From Hadesarchaea archaeon (GTDB taxonomy: Archaea > Hadarchaeota > Hadarchaeia > Hadarchaeales > WYZ-LMO6): a DNA stretch of 64,000 nt. Where the stretch lies: assembly GCA_029259185.1 (NCBI GenBank), contig JAPDJF010000014.1:2148-66147 (forward strand), in the 5' to 3' direction. How positions within the stretch are numbered: the first letter of the stretch is position 1; each line of letters begins with the position of its first letter. A model generated the notes under the pieces. It did not search any database and was not told the origin of the DNA. It saw only the letters and a list, made by a program, of their open reading frames with translations. This document shows positions 55,662 to 64,000 of the stretch, one piece after another. The position numbers and the translations under genes were made by a program.

Positions 55662-56309
55662 CTACATCACCCTATATCGCCGGGCAAAGATTTTGGTGAC
55701 CAAGGAGTAGGAAAGCAGTGAGTAAAGACCTCCCCCAGCTAAGTCTTGCCAGTAATGTTCACCGAGGTAGAGGGTGGAAAACAGGACGGTCAGCCAGAGG
55801 ACTGTCCACACCTCTAGCCACCTCCTCCCAATCCTCCTCACGAAGAGCAGGGCCGTCAAGCCGTTCGCAGCGTGCATGCTGGGGAATGCTCCGTAAACGA
55901 AAGCGTTAAACTTCTCACTAGCTCCGAATATTTCCCCCCGGATGTCCCTGACCCCTTCCACGGCTAGCCTAGGTGGTGCTACTGGGTGAAGTAACCAAGT
56001 CGAGAGAGCAAAACACTGGGAGAGAAAGAAAACCCAGAAATACCTTTTGAAGCCAACCACATCCCCCTTCCAGAGGAGGAAGGTGGCCGTCCCGTAAATC
56101 AGAAAAATGTAGCCAGCGGTGTACACGAGAACCCACCAGTAATCCATTACTTCGGACGAGAGGTGGGTTTGGAGGAAGATCACTTCTCCTCCCCCTAGGG
56201 CGGACGGAGCGGAAGGAATAGGGAAGACCCGTGGCAAAACATCGAAGAAAAGGGTGAGGAGGACGAAGAGCAAGAAGAGTATCCCAAATGTCTTCGGTTT
56301 GATCATCAT
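55662..56309 (-). CDS. integral membrane protein (PAP2-like?)
   Basis: 215 aa with 6 TM helices. PSMHAANGLTAL and a following His are reminiscent of the PAP2 PSGH/SR..H motifs. Weak. Confidence 0.45.
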   Translation of the reverse strand: MMIKPKTFGILFLLFVLLTLFFDVLPRVFPIPSAPSALGGGEVIFLQTHLSSEVMDYWWVLVYTAGYIFLIYGTATFLLWKGDVVGFKRYFWVFFLSQCFALSTWLLHPVAPPRLAVEGVRDIRGEIFGASEKFNAFVYGAFPSMHAANGLTALLFVRRIGRRWLEVWTVLWLTVLFSTLYLGEHYWQDLAGGGLYSLLSYSLVTKIFARRYRVM

Positions 56310-56316
56310 CGATTGG

Positions 56317-57057
56317 TCACCTCAGGAGGAAAATGGTTCTCCTCCGCCGGGCGTAGCGTTCGTTGATCTCTTCTATGAGGTTTACCAGTTTTTCCTTAGG
56401 GGCGACGCCAGTCCGGATCAAAGCTTCTGCGAGTTCTCGGGCTTGAATCATCCCAGCCATCTCCCTGTCACACGTCTTCCCGAATGCCGGAGCCCTGCAA
56501 AAGTGTTCGACCCTCAATCCGAAGTACCGGACCGTCTCCTCCGAGGCGGGCTTGCCAAGCACACCTTCCACGGCCTCCCTCGTGGAACCGCACGGAGATT
56601 CGCGCAGCAACTCCAAGCGTGCTATCTTTCCCCCTCTCACCTCCAAATCAAATTTCGGCTTCCCGTAAAACTTAGAGAACTCATCAAAGACCCCGATCCC
56701 CGTGTTACCCTCCAGTGAACACATGGTGGGAGGGGCTAGAACGGATGCGTTTATCCTTCGGGCTTGGTTCAGGAAACCGTGGCCAAAACTTATACCTAGG
56801 ATGGTCGGAACTCCCTCCTCCAAGACTCCGAGTACCACGTCAGGATGTCTGAGATAAGAAACGTACAGGTCTGATGGGGGGAGCTTAACCTCCACCTCGT
56901 CCAGCAGGGAGGATTCGGGGAAGTCGAGAAGGATCCACTCGGCTTCAAATCTCCTCCTCACGTTTTGATAGGTTTTATCCCCGTATTTCCCATCCGAGAT
57001 CACCCCTACTTTCAATCTTGACCCTCCGATCGTTTTTGGCTCACTCAAAGAATCCAT
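56317..57057 (-). CDS. hypothetical protein
   Basis: 246 aa, soluble. No motif recognised. Confidence 0.45.
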   Translation of the reverse strand: MDSLSEPKTIGGSRLKVGVISDGKYGDKTYQNVRRRFEAEWILLDFPESSLLDEVEVKLPPSDLYVSYLRHPDVVLGVLEEGVPTILGISFGHGFLNQARRINASVLAPPTMCSLEGNTGIGVFDEFSKFYGKPKFDLEVRGGKIARLELLRESPCGSTREAVEGVLGKPASEETVRYFGLRVEHFCRAPAFGKTCDREMAGMIQARELAEALIRTGVAPKEKLVNLIEEINERYARRRRTIFLLR

Positions 57058-58084
57058 CCCGGAGGCTCTCGGTCAGGTCCTCGGGTAGTGTCTCGATAAC
57101 AGGTTCACATTGAAATCTCTCCATGAATCCACTATCGCTCGTGTACAGCGGTCTGAATTGGGGTCTGGATATGAGTTTGAAGTTGAGACGATAGTGCTCG
57201 TACAGATCTTCTCCAGCTGGTCCCGAGAAAGAAGTGAGGTTGAACGACTCAACTCCGAGTTTCGCGTAACCTTTGAGAACCCGTGATAACCCCTCCGAAA
57301 ATTCTTCGACATCTCTTGAAGTCATCTCGGTGATCGATGAGATCTCTTTGAAGATGATCCACACCTCGTTCTGCCCTTGGGGGGCGAAGCTCGCAAGCCA
57401 TGAGACGCGATCGGTTTCGAGTATGAGCCTTTCTCCACACCCCCTCTCTCCCCTGAGAAGGTCTGTCCAGAAATTACTCCCGGTCTGGGTTCGGTACCTC
57501 TCACTCGCCTGAAGCATCTCCTCAAGCGTGGGGGTGGGTTTGTGGTCGGCGAGGAGCTGGAAGTGGGGGTGGATTATGCTCGCAGCGGCGGGGGGGAGGT
57601 AATTCCAGTTCAGCATGTGATACTTTGCCTCCTCCTCTATCCGCACAACGTGCTTGAAATATTCCAGTGAGACTTCGATGCCGTGCTTGATGAGTTCTGA
57701 GGTGAACTCCTCCGTCTTCAAGAAATGGCTTTCCGATATGACCACAACCGCATGGAACTGACCAAATGGGAAGAGGTTGGGGAAGAGAATCGCTGAACCT
57801 CTCTTCAACCTTCCCTTCGGGAACCCGGGCGGGAGCATAGGCGTGGACCTCTCCAGATTCTTGGGGCAGAAATAACACTTCTCCGTATCCCGGACGATCT
57901 CCTCAGGGGTCTCCCCTCCTTTTGCCTGCTTTACCCTCCTCGCCCGATTCACGTTTATCCTACACCACCTTTTGGTCAAAGGGTCTTTCCTGAATTCTAT
58001 GCTTTGGGTAGAGGGTTTGAACCCCTCGAGGGGGCTAAGGAAGGTAGCCTCCCTAGTTCTCTTCTCGAAGAACATCGAGCTCAC
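57041..58084 (-). CDS. galT: galactose-1-phosphate uridylyltransferase-like (HIT superfamily) protein
   Basis: 347 aa. Zn-binding CYFCPKN. HIT-like HPHFQ motif (IIHPHFQLLA). Duplicated half-barrel layout. Confidence 0.6.
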   Translation of the reverse strand: MSSMFFEKRTREATFLSPLEGFKPSTQSIEFRKDPLTKRWCRINVNRARRVKQAKGGETPEEIVRDTEKCYFCPKNLERSTPMLPPGFPKGRLKRGSAILFPNLFPFGQFHAVVVISESHFLKTEEFTSELIKHGIEVSLEYFKHVVRIEEEAKYHMLNWNYLPPAAASIIHPHFQLLADHKPTPTLEEMLQASERYRTQTGSNFWTDLLRGERGCGERLILETDRVSWLASFAPQGQNEVWIIFKEISSITEMTSRDVEEFSEGLSRVLKGYAKLGVESFNLTSFSGPAGEDLYEHYRLNFKLISRPQFRPLYTSDSGFMERFQCEPVIETLPEDLTESLRDGFFE

Positions 58085-58126
58085 AATTTATTTCATACAG
58101 GACACCAACATAAATTTGGTGATATG

Positions 58127-58681
58127 TCGACTGGACCCCTACCTAGGTTCACGGAGCTACACGTTCGGGCTGCGGGCGAAATAATAGCCGAGAGAGGGAG
58201 GATAAGCAGGAAAGAACTCGGGAAGAAGCTTGGTGTTGGGGAAGGAAGTGTGAGGACGATCTTGAACATCTTGAAGCAGAGGGGATTCGTCACCTCTTCT
58301 AGAGGTGGGCACGCACTCACCGCGAAAGGTAGGAAGTGGGTGGGCGAACCCCCAGAACTCGTTAAAGTGAACTGTGGGGGACTCACGGTCGGAAAAGTCG
58401 ATGTAGCCACGGTGGTGCGCGGTGGAGCTGGGAAGGTGAAGAAAGGAGTAGAACAGAGGGACGAAGCGATGAAAGCTGGAGCATTAGGAGCGACCGTACT
58501 CGTGTTCCAAGACAGCAGGCTACGGTTCCCCGACGATGCCACCGAGGTTGGGGGGAGTGTCGGAAAAAAGTTGGTGGAGGCGCTGAAGCTCAAGGAGGGT
58601 GATGTAGTGGTTATAGGCACGGCAGACGACGAGGTGAGGGCGGAAATGGGTGCTAGAGCTGCCGCCCGGTCACTGAGGTGA
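58127..58681 (+). CDS. winged-helix transcriptional regulator with C-terminal domain of unknown function
   Basis: wHTH segment ISRKELGKKLGVGEGSVRTILNILKQRGFV. The start was set at MSTGPL to avoid overlap with galT. Confidence 0.5.
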   Translation, partial: STGPLPRFTELHVRAAGEIIAERGRISRKELGKKLGVGEGSVRTILNILKQRGFVTSSRGGHALTAKGRKWVGEPPELVKVNCGGLTVGKVDVATVVRGGAGKVKKGVEQRDEAMKAGALGATVLVFQDSRLRFPDDATEVGGSVGKKLVEALKLKEGDVVVIGTADDEVRAEMGARAAARSLR

Positions 58682-59107
58682 TCACCAGCTCACAACTTCA
58701 TAGCTGAACTTGATGTTGTCTCCGTCCTCCAGCTGATAGGAGCCCGCCCCCACGGGTGCGAGTACCCAGCCATTCTCATTCCACACGTAAAACATCCAGT
58801 ATTGACTGGTCTCTGGATCCTGGGATAGCCCATCGATGGACGTTATGAACTCTCCGAGCCCTGGGTAGTACTGAGTCTCGACGATCGCCACCCTCCGCAG
58901 AGCATCTAATGCAGTGGCACCCCTCGTGAGGTGAACCGTTCCCTCTTTCAAGGCTGTCCCGTTGTCTATCGTTACCCCAACATCAACTATTGTCCACTCC
59001 AGCTCGTTCACGCGCTCTTGGAGAGCCAGAACGCTGTGACCCAAGTAAACCAAGCCCAATGCCATGACGAGCAACACCACCACGATCGCTTGGCTCGCCA
59101 CCTTCAA
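58682..59107 (-). CDS. DUF4430-like exported protein with N-terminal anchor
   Basis: 141 aa. N-terminal signal anchor, then a beta-rich domain (GTVHLTRGATALDALRRVAIVETQYYPGLGEFITSIDGL) typical of transcobalamin-like DUF4430. Confidence 0.5.
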   Translation of the reverse strand: MKVASQAIVVVLLVMALGLVYLGHSVLALQERVNELEWTIVDVGVTIDNGTALKEGTVHLTRGATALDALRRVAIVETQYYPGLGEFITSIDGLSQDPETSQYWMFYVWNENGWVLAPVGAGSYQLEDGDNIKFSYEVVSW

Positions 59108-59111
59108 TCCA

Positions 59112-59789
59112 TCACCTCCTGTGGGTCGATGAGATCCCGGCCCCCGTCCTCACTGCCACGGGAACTGGGATTCTAACGCGAGTGATGATTTTTAAAAAAC
59201 CTACCAGTGGAGGGATGAACGCGAGAGAGGTGAGGTGGTAAAATGTGAATGGGATCTGTCCGATGAACGCCGCAAACCAAGTCGAAGTGGCCGTCAGAGG
59301 ACCGTAGAACCCGGCTAGGGGGCTACCTATCACCCCGGTCCAGAAATCGAAGAGGAGGATAGCGAAAGCCGCCGTCACCATGGTATGACCCAACAAGTTC
59401 CGGAAACCTGAGAATGGAGAAATCTTGTTCTTATTCGCGAGCATCCAGACCAGAAGGAACCCAGACCATGTGAAAACGTAGATTCGGAGGGGACCCCAGA
59501 AAATGAGTTCGATAAGCATTACCCCTAAAATCACAACCACCCCAAAGTAACGATTGAGTTTCTTCCAGTACTCGCTAGATCCGTGCCATAGGTATGTGGA
59601 ACCTGTAACCACCAGCACGGGGAGTATCAGCTCCATGTTCGGAAGGGTGATCCCGGAAAGGTAAAGTAGCTTGCTCGAAATCGCTAGGACAAGACAAGTG
59701 ATCATGAATATCCTGAACCGTTTGATCAGGACTTCATCCGCCGTCTTTCCACCACACAATCTCCTTAAAATGGACATTTCATCCAACAA
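59112..59789 (-). CDS. polytopic membrane protein (possible ECF-type S component)
   Basis: 225 aa with about 6 TM helices. Adjacent to the DUF4430 gene, as often seen with ECF transporters. Confidence 0.45.
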   Translation of the reverse strand: MLDEMSILRRLCGGKTADEVLIKRFRIFMITCLVLAISSKLLYLSGITLPNMELILPVLVVTGSTYLWHGSSEYWKKLNRYFGVVVILGVMLIELIFWGPLRIYVFTWSGFLLVWMLANKNKISPFSGFRNLLGHTMVTAAFAILLFDFWTGVIGSPLAGFYGPLTATSTWFAAFIGQIPFTFYHLTSLAFIPPLVGFLKIITRVRIPVPVAVRTGAGISSTHRR

Positions 59790-59851
59790 TTGGATAATTC
59801 ATCCCGTATATAAATCTTCACCCAAATTTTGCTCATTTGGCGGTTTCAGAG

Positions 59852-59955
59852 TGGTGCGGGGGGAGAGATTTGAACTCTCGAAGACCCTTCGGTCACAGGA
59901 TGTCTTCGCAGGACCCTTAAGTCCTGCCCCTTAGGCCTAGCTCGGGCACCCCCGC
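59852..59955 (-). tRNA. tRNA-Leu (anticodon TAA) with ~14-nt anticodon-loop intron, CCA encoded
   Basis: On the minus strand: GCGGGGG acceptor and a Leu-type D-arm. Anticodon stem CAGGA/TCCTG. Exon loop CTTAAG, then intron GGTCCTGCGAAGAC, then A. Long variable arm TGACCGAAGGGTCTTC. T-arm GAGAGTTCAAATCTCTC. 3' end CCCCCGC-A-CCA. Confidence 0.6.
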
Positions 59956-60012
59956 CAAAAAATGTGAGTTTATTCAAGTTAAAAAAATAAAAAGGGAACC
60001 GGGATTTCCCGA

Positions 60013-61224
60013 CTACTCTCTCTTTATGATGATTGCCTCTCCCTGTCCGCCGCCCACGCATGGTGTTGCCAAACCGTACGTTTTGCCCGTCTGCTGGAGG
60101 ATCCTAGCTAGAGTCCCCACGAGTCTGCATCCCGTTGCCCCCAGAGGGTGGCCTATGGCTATCGCTCCGCCCTTGATGTTAACCTTTTTGGGGTCGATCC
60201 CTAGCTCGTAGATCGCATTCAAAGTTACTATTGCAAAAGCCTCGTTTATCTCCCAGAAATCTATATCCTCCACCTTAAGCCCAGCCTTCTTGAGAGCATT
60301 CCTGCTGGCCGGTACCGGACCGAGACCCATTACTCCAGGGTTGACTGCAGCCCATCCGAGTGAAACTATGGATGCCATCGGCTTCAAACCGTACTCTTCG
60401 GCCTTCTCCCTGGACATCATCATCACTCCGGTTGCTCCCGCGTTCAGGGGTGAAGAATTCCCAGCCGTTATCACTCCATCTTCTTTGAACGCAGGAGGTA
60501 GGGAAGCTACTTTCTCCAGCGTGGTGTCCGGTCTTATCGACATGTCTCTATCTATGACCTTGACCGTTCCATCCGCCTGTTCGGCTTCCACCGGTATTAT
60601 TTCGCCCTTAAAATAACCCTCCTCCAGAGCTTTAGCGGCTTTTTTGTGACTTTCCACCGCCCACTTGTCCATGTCCTCTTTGGTTATCACATCTTTCCTC
60701 ATCTCTGCGAGCTTCTCGGCAGTCAGACCCATGTTCATTCCGGTCAGTAGATCATAGTGTTCGTACTTGGGGTTGGTAGCGAGTTCACTACTGGGTTCCA
60801 CGAACTCCATAAGGTACTCGGGCTGCATCGGCACATGGGTCATGTGTTCGAATCCCCCAGCTAGCACGATGTCTGCGAAGCCACTCATTATCTCCAATGC
60901 TCCTAGGCGGATGGTTGCCATAGAAGAGGCGCACTGTCTGTCGATATGCAATGCCGGGACGGTCTCCGGGAATTCGGCAAGAAAGACGGGGAACCTCCCC
61001 CCGTATGTCCAGTTCTCTTTGACGGGCAATGCGCATCCGGTGAGGACATCGTTTATTTCTTCAGGTTTGACTCCAGTTCTCTCAACGATTTTCTTGTACA
61101 CCATCCCAAGCACTGTATCCATCCGCAACTTGTTGAACACGTCTCTGTCCGGCTCTCGGGGTCTCGATCGAGAGAAGGGAGATCTCAGGAAATCCACTAT
61201 CACGGCTTCTCTCGTCTCCTTCAT
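60013..61224 (-). CDS. acetyl-CoA acetyltransferase (thiolase)
   Basis: 403 aa. Active-site regions GCALPVKENWTYGG...C(89)ASS, NEAFA and CVGGGQGEAIIIKR. Confidence 0.9.
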   Translation of the reverse strand: MKETREAVIVDFLRSPFSRSRPREPDRDVFNKLRMDTVLGMVYKKIVERTGVKPEEINDVLTGCALPVKENWTYGGRFPVFLAEFPETVPALHIDRQCASSMATIRLGALEIMSGFADIVLAGGFEHMTHVPMQPEYLMEFVEPSSELATNPKYEHYDLLTGMNMGLTAEKLAEMRKDVITKEDMDKWAVESHKKAAKALEEGYFKGEIIPVEAEQADGTVKVIDRDMSIRPDTTLEKVASLPPAFKEDGVITAGNSSPLNAGATGVMMMSREKAEEYGLKPMASIVSLGWAAVNPGVMGLGPVPASRNALKKAGLKVEDIDFWEINEAFAIVTLNAIYELGIDPKKVNIKGGAIAIGHPLGATGCRLVGTLARILQQTGKTYGLATPCVGGGQGEAIIIKRE

Positions 61225-61329
61225 TTTGGAACCTATCTCTCCTTTCTTTCTACCTTAAATAATTAACGTCCTCGGCACCACAAGATATTTATGTGCAATA
61301 GCACAAGAAAAAGAAAGAGGTGAAAAGGA

Positions 61330-61539
61330 ATGTGGTGGTCTGGTTTCGGAAGAGGTCGGGGCTGGTATGGGCCTTGGCCGGGAAGGGGACCGTTCAGCTA
61401 CCTCCCACCTTGGCAGAGGCCGGGGTGGATCTTCGGTAGAGGAGCCTGCTGGTGGCTTCTCGGGCCGTGGGCGTGGATGCGGGGTTTCGGGTACCCCTGG
61501 TATCCATACTCACCATACGTGGTACCGATTCTACCCTAG
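61330..61539 (+). CDS. Trp/Pro/Gly-rich small protein (DUF5320-like N-terminal part)
   Basis: 69 aa (MWWSGFGRGRGWYGPWPGRGPFSYLPPWQRPGW...). A stop separates it from the next ORF of similar composition. Confidence 0.35.
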   Translation: MWWSGFGRGRGWYGPWPGRGPFSYLPPWQRPGWIFGRGACWWLLGPWAWMRGFGYPWYPYSPYVVPILP

Positions 61540-61548
61540 GTTCGAGAG

Positions 61549-61827
61549 GTGAGCAGGGTGTGGTGGCCTAGAGGGTGGAGATATTGGTGGTGGTACCCAC
61601 CTTTCTATTCGCCGTACATGTTTTCCCAATTCCAGCAAGAGAGTTCGCAATCTCAGTCAGCTCAACAACCATCTGCGCCTTACTTCACGCCTCCACCTTT
61701 TCCACCTTTCCCGCCACCCGAGCAGGAGATAGAGATGCTTGAAGCCTACAGGAGAGAACTCGAGGAAGAGTTGAAGGGAGTCGAGGCCAGGATCAGAGAG
61801 CTTCGGGAGCACCTCGGCAAGAAGTAG
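61549..61827 (+). CDS. Trp/Pro-rich protein with C-terminal coiled-coil (DUF5320-like)
   Basis: 92 aa. N-terminus WWPRGWRYWWWYPPFYSPY. C-terminus EIEMLEAYRRELEEELKGVEARIRELREHL. Genes of this type sit beside NifX-like genes. Confidence 0.45.
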   Translation: MSRVWWPRGWRYWWWYPPFYSPYMFSQFQQESSQSQSAQQPSAPYFTPPPFPPFPPPEQEIEMLEAYRRELEEELKGVEARIRELREHLGKK

Positions 61828-61835
61828 AAGGGACC

Positions 61836-62705
61836 GTGATGAAGATAGCTATCCCCTCTCACGCACCGGGAGGGTTAGACGCCGAAGTCTCTGAGCATTT
61901 CGGAAGATGTGAATTTTTCACGGTGGTGGAGATAGAATCGGGTGTGGTGAAGAGGGTGGATGTCATCGAGAATCGGGGATCCCATTTCGGTTTCACCTCC
62001 ACTCCCGCCGAGGTATTGGCGTCGGGTGGTTTGGATGCCTTGGTAGTTAAAGGCATGGGGCCCAAAGCGCTGGGACTGCTGAGGCAGAGGGGGATAATGG
62101 TTTACCTCACCTCTGCCTCCAAGGTGGGGGAGGCGGTACAAGAGTTCCTCGATGGCAGAGTGCGAGCGGCCACGATGGAGGACGCATGTGGTGAGGCCAG
62201 AGAGCCCGCGATGACTTCATTTCCTTCCTCCACGGCGCCCTTCGGAGGAGGGTGGGGAATGGGGAGGAGGGGTAGGGTCGGGTTTCAGCCCCCCGGAATG
62301 TATTCCTTCGGATCGGGATCGGTGTGGGGACCCAAGCCAGTACCTCCCCAGGCCCCTCTCACAGGCCGGTTCAAAGTGGGTGTCGCGAGTCAAGGAAGTG
62401 GTGGACTGGATGATTTGGTCTCACCCGTTTTTGGTAGGTGCAATTCCTTTACTTTGGTTGAGGTGGAGGATGGGAAGATCAAAGGTGTAAAGGTGATTCC
62501 GAATCCCCACACCGCCGCGCCTCAGGGAGTTGGGATAGCCGTGGCCCAAATGCTTGCGGGTGAAGGGGTAAAAGTCGCTCTCGCTGGAAGGTTCGGTCCG
62601 TGGGCATCGACGGCCTCCGTCCAATTCGGTATTCAGCTGATTATGGTTCCTCCTGGGATGAAAGTGGGCGACGCTGTTGCCCGATACGTGATTAACCCCC
62701 GCTGA
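61836..62705 (+). CDS. tandem dinitrogenase FeMo-cofactor-binding (NifX/NafY-like) domain protein
   Basis: Two repeats of the fold (KIAIPSHAPGGLDAEVSEHFGRCEFFTVVE... and KVGVASQGSGGLDDLVSPVFGRCNSFTLVE...). Confidence 0.75.
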   Translation: MMKIAIPSHAPGGLDAEVSEHFGRCEFFTVVEIESGVVKRVDVIENRGSHFGFTSTPAEVLASGGLDALVVKGMGPKALGLLRQRGIMVYLTSASKVGEAVQEFLDGRVRAATMEDACGEAREPAMTSFPSSTAPFGGGWGMGRRGRVGFQPPGMYSFGSGSVWGPKPVPPQAPLTGRFKVGVASQGSGGLDDLVSPVFGRCNSFTLVEVEDGKIKGVKVIPNPHTAAPQGVGIAVAQMLAGEGVKVALAGRFGPWASTASVQFGIQLIMVPPGMKVGDAVARYVINPR

Positions 62706-62751
62706 GCACGTCGGGTAGTTGAGAATCGACTGTGAGTTTTTGAGGATAGCC

Positions 62752-63660
62752 ATGCGTGAGATTGTGGTGGCAAGTGGGAAGGGGGGCACGGGTAAGACGA
62801 CGGTTGCAGCATCTCTAGCCGTTTTCCTGTCTAAGGGGGGCGAAAAAGTCGTGGCGGTGGATGCGGATGTTGATGCACCCAATCTCGCTCTTGCTCTGGG
62901 TGGGGGAAAACGGCTTTCATCTGTGAAGGTAGAGGCATCGGAAAAAGCGGAGATCCAAGAGTCTAAGTGTGTCCGATGCGGTGCGTGTCTAGAAGCGTGT
63001 CAGTTCGGGGCGATCTCGGCTCATCGTGGGCAGCCGTTCATCCATCGCTTAATGTGTGAGGGATGTGGTGCATGTGAACTCGTTTGCCACTATGGTGCCA
63101 TCACGATGAAGAAAAGAGATACGGGTGAGATCGTAGTGGAGGAAACCCCATATGGCTTCCGCTCCATTACGGGATATTTGAAGCTGGGTGAGCATAACTC
63201 AGGGCATGTCGTAACGAAGGTGAAAGAACTCGGAAGGGAGGTAGCTGGATCCGAAGGGGCAGGGACGCTGGTGGTGGACGCAGCTCCTGGAATAGGTTGT
63301 TCCGTGATAGCATCGATCTCTGGTGCTAGCTATGTTATCGTCGTGACGGAGCCCACACCCGCTGCGAGACGAAATCTGGGGCGGTTAGCCGAAGTCATAA
63401 ACCACTTTCGAGTCCCTGCGGGGGTGGTAATGAACAGATCGGATATATCCGATTTCGGAGGCACGATGAGGGGATGGATAGAGGATGAACTAGGGTACCC
63501 TTTGCTTGGGGAAGTGCCTTTGGATGGAGAAGTCCTCAGGGCAACGATCGGCATGAGACCGGTGATCGAATTCAATCCCAAAGCTAGAGCCTCCAAGAGT
63601 CTGGTTTCTATTTTCAGGAGGCTTGAGGAGGAAAAGGTGTACGGGTGGGATAAAGAGTGA
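62752..63660 (+). CDS. MinD/ParA-family P-loop ATPase with inserted 2x[4Fe-4S] ferredoxin domain
   Basis: Deviant Walker A ASGKGGTGKTTVAA. Ferredoxin motifs CVRCGACLEACQFGAI and CEGCGACELVCHYGAI. The start was set at MREIVV. Confidence 0.8.
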   Translation: MREIVVASGKGGTGKTTVAASLAVFLSKGGEKVVAVDADVDAPNLALALGGGKRLSSVKVEASEKAEIQESKCVRCGACLEACQFGAISAHRGQPFIHRLMCEGCGACELVCHYGAITMKKRDTGEIVVEETPYGFRSITGYLKLGEHNSGHVVTKVKELGREVAGSEGAGTLVVDAAPGIGCSVIASISGASYVIVVTEPTPAARRNLGRLAEVINHFRVPAGVVMNRSDISDFGGTMRGWIEDELGYPLLGEVPLDGEVLRATIGMRPVIEFNPKARASKSLVSIFRRLEEEKVYGWDKE

Positions 63661-64000
63661 AAGCCCCGGTAGTGGCCGTGACTGGTGGGAAGGGGGGAAC
63701 GGGCAAGACCACGGTGGCGGTGAATCTTGCTATCGGTCTCCAGAAAAGTGGTTTGAGGGTGATGCTGGTAGACGCTGATGTCGATGGTCCGTCGTGTGCC
63801 ACGCTTTTGGGAGTGGAGCTGAACGATGGTGAGGCCATCTCAATTTTTAAACCATTGATCGACGTGGAGAAGTGCACTGGATGTGGAAGGTGCGTGGAGG
63901 CATGCCGTGAACATGCGTTGGCAGGTTTGAGGGGACTTCCCCCGATCTTTTTTGAGGAGCTTTGTTCGGGGTGCGGGGCATGCAAGCTCGCGTGCGAGGA
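63657..64000 (+). CDS. second MinD-family ATPase with ferredoxin domain (partial, runs off window)
   Basis: GTG start overlapping the previous stop. Walker A VTGGKGGTGKTTVAV. Ferredoxin motifs CTGCGRCVEACREHAL...CSGCGACKLACE. Confidence 0.7.
   Translation, partial: MKAPVVAVTGGKGGTGKTTVAVNLAIGLQKSGLRVMLVDADVDGPSCATLLGVELNDGEAISIFKPLIDVEKCTGCGRCVEACREHALAGLRGLPPIFFEELCSGCGACKLACE

Noticed and set aside
1-64000. rRNA genes
   Set aside because: No 16S/23S/5S-like conserved segments were seen anywhere in the window.

Overview
The window is a GC-rich (~55-60%) archaeal chromosomal segment. The rpoD gene, archaeal intron-containing tRNAs, Orc1/Cdc6, archaemetzincin, and the S24e/S27ae gene pair all fit an archaeon, probably a thermophile. 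Housekeeping and metabolic genes are interleaved with clearly accessory DNA.

Before the central island the order is: rpoD, tRNA-Leu, a HEPN/MNT toxin-antitoxin pair, an IS605 TnpB remnant and tRNA-Cys. Next come ribbon-helix-helix genes and a first array of ~30-bp near-palindromic repeats, then a DtxR-FeoA-FeoB-FeoC iron-uptake locus. These are followed by an AT-rich island of unknown genes, a beta-CASP RNase and an EndoIII-like glycosylase.

The tightly packed central island has two modules. On one strand lie a C5-cytosine methyltransferase, a HerA/DUF87-like ATPase and a 669-aa wHTH protein. The divergent strand carries a ~1000-aa N6-adenine methyltransferase translationally coupled to a PLD-nuclease/SNF2-helicase fusion, followed by a transglutaminase-like membrane protein. 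After this island come a second, inverted repeat array and a tyrosine integrase abutting an intron-containing tRNA.

The remaining run contains an ETF-linked FAD/Fe-S oxidase cluster, amzA, cdc6, a ModE-WtpABC tungstate/molybdate locus, rps24e/rps27ae, tRNA-Pro, a GalT-like gene and an intron-containing tRNA-Leu. It ends with thiolase and a NifX-like / MinD-ferredoxin ATPase cluster.

The strongest candidates for something undescribed are the methyltransferase-linked ATPase/helicase island with its twin-palindrome bidirectional control region, the two inverted palindromic repeat arrays, and a possible ~36-kb tRNA-integrated element delimited by a 17-bp direct repeat.
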